Source: an uncultured bacterium (lineage in GTDB: Bacteria > Eisenbacteria > RBG-16-71-46 > CAIMUX01 > WJJG01). Taken from it: DNA of 61,995 bases. Below are positions 57,185 to 61,995 of this stretch, piece by piece. Both the position numbers and the translations under genes were made by a program. The notes beneath the pieces were generated by a model. It was given only the letters and a program-made list of their open reading frames with translations, made no database searches and was not told the origin of the DNA. Each line of letters opens with the position of its first letter. Position 1 is the stretch's first letter. Location of the stretch: NCBI GenBank assembly GCA_964573295.1, contig CAZNJE010000025.1, positions 1 to 61,995 of the forward strand. The letters are read 5' to 3'.

Positions 57185-60100
57185 GACTCGTCATCGCGAA
57201 AGGCCGGCCAGCTCCGTATTCGGCCGGCGACGTCTTCATGAATCACATATAGGCACGGCACGAGCGCCAACGTCAATGGCGTGGCCAGGAGCAGTCCATA
57301 ACCCAAGGCCAGGGCCATAGGCGCGATGAAGGGATCCGAGCCCCCTAGCCCATATGCCAAGGGAAGAAGACCGGCGACGGTTGTCAGTGTCGTCATCGTG
57401 ACCGCGCGCAAGCGATCGCCAGCCCCCCGGGTCACGGCTTCACGGACAGAGGCCACACCCTCGGACGACCGGAGTCTGTTGATGTGGTGGACCATGACCA
57501 AGGAGTCGTTGACCACCACGCCGGTGAGCCCCACCAACCCCATGACCGCGAGAAAGCCCGGTACCTTCCCATGAATGACGAATGTGAGGATGACGGCAAT
57601 CACGCCGAAGGGCACAGCGGCCATGATGGCCAAGGGTTGTGTGACGGATGAGAAGAGCAGCATGAGGGTGAAGTAGATCGCGAGGACTGCGACGCCGAAG
57701 GCCAAGAACAAGCTCTGGAAGGATTCCCGCGTTTCTTCGGCCTCGCCCCCGACCACGAATCGCATGCCCGGGTAGTCCGCCTCCAAATGGAAGTGCGCGC
57801 GGGCGGCCTCGGCAACCTTGACCGGCGTCGTGACGTCTTCGTCCACCTCGCCCGTGACGAGGGCCGCGCGCTGGCCATCGTAGTGATAGAAGGTCGAGGG
57901 GGCCTGACGCCGGGTGAGTTTGGCTACATCCCCCAAGCGGATCAGTCGGCCGGCGCGGTTTGGGACGCGCAGCGCGAGCAGCTGGTCGGGCGAACGGGCG
58001 GCGTCTTCGGCCAGCGTGACCAGAAAACCAACGTCCTCATCTCCGTAGCGCACCGTGGACACCACCTGACCGTCGTAGGCCGTGCGGACCGTCTGCGTGA
58101 CGTCCGCCACGGTGAGTCCCCGACGAGCCAGACGTTCGAAGTCCAGATCGATCTCGAGTTGTTCCTCACCCTCCAGGTCGTTGCGCTGAAGCTCCTCGAC
58201 ACCGGGTTGCCTTCGAAGAAACGCCATCAAAGCGTCTGTAAGCTGGACTCGGGTACTATCACCCTCTCCAACGACCCGGATCGTGATGGGTTCTCCAACC
58301 GGCGGGCCGCCGGCCTGGACGCGGACGTCGATGTCGCTGAATCCTTGCAGCTCGGCGAAGGCATCGCGCAAGGAGTCCGCGATGGTCGTGGCGCGGCGTG
58401 AACGATCCGCGAACGGGGTGAGATCGACCCGTAGAAATGCCCAGTGATCGTTCTCTCCCGGTTCTTGAGGTCCGTGACTGCCGATCCTGGTGGTCACGGA
58501 TTCCAGCTCGCTCTCGGGCAGGCCGGAGATGAGTCGTTCGATCTCGCGCACCTTCCGGGAGGTGTGTTCGAGGGGGGATCCGCGCGGCGTGTCTACGTAG
58601 ACCGAGAACGCCTCGGCGGTCGAGCCGGGAAAGAGGATGAATTCCATGTGCCGAACAGCATACGCAAGGGTCGCGCCCAGCAGGCCGATCGAGAGCAAGA
58701 CATAGGCGTAGCGCCAGGCCAGAATCCTGTCCAAGAGACGCTCGTACAGCTGTCGCAGGCGGTCGAACCTGCCGGAACCGCTCGCACCCTCCCGACCCTT
58801 GGGCTGAACTCGTTTTAAGGAGAACGCAAGATGTCCCGGCAGCGCGATGACGATTTCGAGGAGTGAGACGAAGAGAGCCAACCCAACCACACGGGGTATC
58901 ATCTTGACGAAGTCACCTACGATTCCGGTCATCAGGAAGAGAGGGGCGAAGGCCAGGAAGGTGGTGATCAAGGTGGTCACGACCGGTGTGAAGACCCGGG
59001 TAACACCGCTGGCCGCCGCTTCGAGGGCACCTTGCCCGCGCTCGCGCTGTCGTACGATGCTTTCGGAGACGATGATTCCATCGTCGACGATGATTCCCAG
59101 CACGACCAGCATGGCGGCCAAGGTGATGATGTCGAGGTAGTATCCGAGAGCATTCAGTAGGAAGACGAGCCCGAGCAAGACGACCGGAATGCTGACCGCC
59201 ACCCAGATAGCCGCCCGGAAGTAGAGCAGGGTACCCAGGATCAAGAGCACCAGCACCAGACCGATGGCGCCGTTGTTGAGAACGACGCCGAAGCGACGTT
59301 CGACGTAGAAGGATTGATCATTGGCGAAGACGATCGAGACGCCGTCGGGCAGGTCGTCCTGCAAGGCACCGATTCGCTCGCGAATCCGTTCAACGGTTCG
59401 CAAGACATCCGCCGAGGGCATCTTCTTGACCTGAAAGGTGATCGACGGTTCGCCGTTGACGCGGGCGATGATGCGAGGTTCCTCGAAGCCGTCCTCTACC
59501 GACGCTACCTGCCCGAGCCGCACGATGGGCCCGGTCAGTGTGGCCCGCACGATCGTCTCGGAGACATCGGTAGGGGCGGGATACTCCGCCCGGGTCACGA
59601 CACTCCGTTCGTTCTGCCTCGAGGTGAAGCTCCCCCCGGTCGCTCGGCGGTTGCGGGCGGCCACGGCGCCGGCGACCTGGGACAAGGAGACCTCGTACTC
59701 CCTCATCGCAGCGGGGTCGACCCGCACCTTGACCTCGCGATCACGCAGCCAGAAATCCTCGAGCTCGGCCACGCCGTCGGTGCGCCGCAGTTCCTCCTCG
59801 ACTTTGCGAGCGGCCGTACGCAGCCTCCGGTAGGGAACGTCACCGGTGACGCCGACCTCCAGAATAGGAATCTCTCCCGTGGTCAGCTCCTCGACCAGTG
59901 GGCGCTGCGTCACTTGGGGGGGGAGGGTGACCACCTGATCCACCGCCTCGCGGATCTCGTCCTTGATCTCGTCTGGGTCGGAAGCATCCGGCCCGATCGT
60001 GATCCGGATGGCCGAGAATCCCTCCATCGACCAAGAGACGATCGACTCGAGCCCGGCCACACCCCGCAGCTCTTCTTCCAGCTCGTTGGTAACCTCGAGT

Positions 60101-60282
60101 TCGACGTCTTCGGGGGAAGCGCCGGGATACCGGGTCGTGATGATCACCTCGCCCAAGTCCACGGCCGGGAAGATGTCGCGCTGGATTCGCAGTGCTGTCG
60201 CGCCACCCAAGAGAAGAACCAGAATGGTGAACTGCATCGCCAGAAGGTGGCGTTTGGCCATGAAACGGAAGAATGCCTTCAC
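57181..60282 (-). CDS. RND efflux transporter permease (AcrB family)
   Basis: 1033 aa. YPGASPEDVE, GIIVDDGII, GVVVND, RLRAV.MT.LTT. Confidence 0.93.
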   Translation of the reverse strand: MKAFFRFMAKRHLLAMQFTILVLLLGGATALRIQRDIFPAVDLGEVIITTRYPGASPEDVELEVTNELEEELRGVAGLESIVSWSMEGFSAIRITIGPDASDPDEIKDEIREAVDQVVTLPPQVTQRPLVEELTTGEIPILEVGVTGDVPYRRLRTAARKVEEELRRTDGVAELEDFWLRDREVKVRVDPAAMREYEVSLSQVAGAVAARNRRATGGSFTSRQNERSVVTRAEYPAPTDVSETIVRATLTGPIVRLGQVASVEDGFEEPRIIARVNGEPSITFQVKKMPSADVLRTVERIRERIGALQDDLPDGVSIVFANDQSFYVERRFGVVLNNGAIGLVLVLLILGTLLYFRAAIWVAVSIPVVLLGLVFLLNALGYYLDIITLAAMLVVLGIIVDDGIIVSESIVRQRERGQGALEAAASGVTRVFTPVVTTLITTFLAFAPLFLMTGIVGDFVKMIPRVVGLALFVSLLEIVIALPGHLAFSLKRVQPKGREGASGSGRFDRLRQLYERLLDRILAWRYAYVLLSIGLLGATLAYAVRHMEFILFPGSTAEAFSVYVDTPRGSPLEHTSRKVREIERLISGLPESELESVTTRIGSHGPQEPGENDHWAFLRVDLTPFADRSRRATTIADSLRDAFAELQGFSDIDVRVQAGGPPVGEPITIRVVGEGDSTRVQLTDALMAFLRRQPGVEELQRNDLEGEEQLEIDLDFERLARRGLTVADVTQTVRTAYDGQVVSTVRYGDEDVGFLVTLAEDAARSPDQLLALRVPNRAGRLIRLGDVAKLTRRQAPSTFYHYDGQRAALVTGEVDEDVTTPVKVAEAARAHFHLEADYPGMRFVVGGEAEETRESFQSLFLAFGVAVLAIYFTLMLLFSSVTQPLAIMAAVPFGVIAVILTFVIHGKVPGFLAVMGLVGLTGVVVNDSLVMVHHINRLRSSEGVASVREAVTRGAGDRLRAVTMTTLTTVAGLLPLAYGLGGSDPFIAPMALALGYGLLLATPLTLALVPCLYVIHEDVAGRIRSWPAFRDDES

Positions 60283-61763
60283 TGGGACATCCTCTCCGCC
60301 AAACGGCCCTCATGAGATGCGGCGGGCAGAAGCTCATCCACCAGCTCCCACAAGAGCAGCAACTCGGCCTGATAGGTGGTCGCGTTCTCTACCAGCGTCA
60401 TCCGGGTACGCTGAACATCATCCTGAGCCTCGATCACGAAGAGCAGCGGTTGCCGGCCCTGCCGATAGAGGGCTTGTTCCTCCCTGGCCCGGTCACGGGC
60501 GAGGGTCAGGGCGCGTCGGTTGATGACGATCACGTCATCGAGTCTCCGCAGCTGTAGTCTTGTCGCGCGAACCGAGGACCGCAGCTCGTCGAGAAGATAG
60601 TCCCGCTGGCGTCGCAGGCGGCGGACCTCGAGCGTGGCCACCTCTTCCTGGGTGGTTGCCACGCGAGCACCGAGCGGATGCGAAAACATCAGCGCCACCG
60701 AGAGTTCCGGGTGGTCCATCTCGAAGGAGGACCCGAGATCGCGATCGCCCCCCAGAACGCCGGCACCAAGCTGAAGATCGAGTTCAGGATGCGTGCGTTC
60801 TGCATGAGCCCGCACCGAACGCTCGGCTTGATCGATCTGTAGTTGAAGCATCTGGAGAGATCGGGATTGCTCTTCGATTCGGTCAGCGAGCTCTTCGTAG
60901 GAGGGCAGCGAGTCGTGCTGCGCATACAGGTCGTAGCGCGGTGCCCGGTCGTGCAGATTCGGGAAGCCGGTCAACAAGCTCAACCGGTGCGCAAGGGCTT
61001 CCGTCTGGGTGGCGAGCGCTTCCACTAGGCCCCGGGCTTCTTGGAACGTCTGCTCGGCACGCAGCAGATCGGCCTCGTCCACGAGGTTCGCCTCTCGTCG
61101 GCGGGCAGTGTAGTCTACCTGTTGTTGAGCCAGATCCAGCCGCTCTCGGGCGATCGCCTCCCGTTCGCGCAAGGCAACCCACTCCAGAAACAACCGGCCC
61201 ATTTCACCCAGGAACCGCTCCTGCTGCTCGGCGGCGCGAAGCGAGCCGACCACCGCCCCGAGGCCGCCGAGGTCGAAGGCGAGTCGGTCCAGCGAGCCAC
61301 CGCGGTTCTGAAGCAGCGGCTGATCGAAGCGCACCATCAACCGGTGTCGATGGTAGACCGGAGCGCCCGTCACGATCCCGTTCGTGGATCCACCGGGGCG
61401 GCCGCCGCCTCCCAGGTCAGGGAAGGGAATCGTGGGTAGCACCTGATCGGTGTACGAGGTCTCCCACTCGAGTGACAGACGACCGCCGGTCGCCCATAAG
61501 CCGCGGCCTAGGTTGGCCCCCAACGAGGCGCGGCTAAGCTCTTCGGGAGCGAAGGTGCTGTTTTCCACCGGCTCGCTGTAGGCGTAGCCGACACGCGTCC
61601 CGAGCTGCCAGTCCTGGACCGCACGAAACTGCTCTCGTTTGACGCGCACCTGGCGGGCCGACAGGGCCTGCTGCGCGGAAAACGGGTGGTCGCGGAGAAG
61701 ATGGCGAAGATAGGCGGCGAGATCGAGAGAGTCCGGTTCCGCGCTTTGGGTCGAATCGGACAA
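60279..61763 (-). CDS. TolC family outer membrane protein (N-terminus uncertain)
   Basis: QPLLQN.G, P.LDL, YRQGR....V..AQ. ATGA-type overlap with the RND gene. TTG start with no clear signal peptide. Confidence 0.8.
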   Translation of the reverse strand: MSDSTQSAEPDSLDLAAYLRHLLRDHPFSAQQALSARQVRVKREQFRAVQDWQLGTRVGYAYSEPVENSTFAPEELSRASLGANLGRGLWATGGRLSLEWETSYTDQVLPTIPFPDLGGGGRPGGSTNGIVTGAPVYHRHRLMVRFDQPLLQNRGGSLDRLAFDLGGLGAVVGSLRAAEQQERFLGEMGRLFLEWVALREREAIARERLDLAQQQVDYTARRREANLVDEADLLRAEQTFQEARGLVEALATQTEALAHRLSLLTGFPNLHDRAPRYDLYAQHDSLPSYEELADRIEEQSRSLQMLQLQIDQAERSVRAHAERTHPELDLQLGAGVLGGDRDLGSSFEMDHPELSVALMFSHPLGARVATTQEEVATLEVRRLRRQRDYLLDELRSSVRATRLQLRRLDDVIVINRRALTLARDRAREEQALYRQGRQPLLFVIEAQDDVQRTRMTLVENATTYQAELLLLWELVDELLPAASHEGRLAERMSQ

Positions 61764-61949
61764 CGTGTTCCCCGCCGATGAGCCCGGGGCACCAGCCGTT
61801 GCGAACGACAGCGGGCTTGCATTGCCCAGGGGGCAGGTGTGGGACGGGTGCGTGGCGGTCTCACCCAGGGCTGACTCTAGCCCGACTTTACCGCGCCGAT
61901 CACGTAACTACTGCTCATATTGGAGGTTGTCCCCTGATTGCTGTATGAC

Positions 61950-61995
61950 CTACGTGCTCAGGTAGCGCGAGAGGTCGAGGGTCTCGTAGAGTGCC
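61950..61995 (-). CDS. probable 3' end of an upstream gene (partial)
   Basis: Open frame ..ALYETLDLSRYLST* with GC-rich third positions, running off the window edge. Confidence 0.35.
   Translation of the reverse strand, partial: ALYETLDLSRYLST

Noticed and set aside
3530-60315. Long antisense ORFs (e.g. 3530-5293, 29970-31595, 43416-44831, 59314-60315)
   Set aside because: Shadow ORFs of high-GC genes on the opposite strand, with no recognisable motifs.

Overview
GC-rich bacterial chromosomal segment with about 42 protein genes. No rRNA, tRNA, CRISPR array, integrase or intact transposase was seen. Several secreted proteins end in a FlgD-Ig/T9SS-like domain and two are C25 gingipain-like, which suggests an FCB-associated lineage such as Eisenbacteria, Krumholzibacteriota or Latescibacterota (inference). 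Main blocks: (i) DMT, VOC and Zn-ADH genes, and a 4-PAS kinase/LuxR pair. (ii) A minus-strand run at 13.2-25.3 kb for selenium and Mo/W-cofactor supply: selD and prxU are both selenoproteins with in-frame UGA plus SECIS-like hairpins that the ORF track splits, alongside DUF3343, a Cys/Sec desulfurase, yedF, MOSC-MogA, moaC, moaA, moeA and tupABC. (iii) pepT, an ABC-2 exporter, CYTH, a leuC/leuD-type pair and methyltransferases. (iv) A 34.5-51.4 kb secreted-protein island with two C25 proteins lacking the catalytic His, a beta-helix protein, a Tat-signal TldD with a signal-less PmbA, and a tandem LecA-like protein. (v) An ArsA/Get3-HSP20 ATPase with an IxV-tailed neighbour, a KaiC-like ATPase with a hybrid kinase, and RND plus TolC. 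Non-coding highlights are more than 20 unrelated short tandem-repeat arrays concentrated at gene boundaries, an unassigned structured ~200-nt element at 30 kb, a 116-bp two-copy repeat, and one internally deleted pseudogene. All family calls come from motifs read by eye; no database searches were run.
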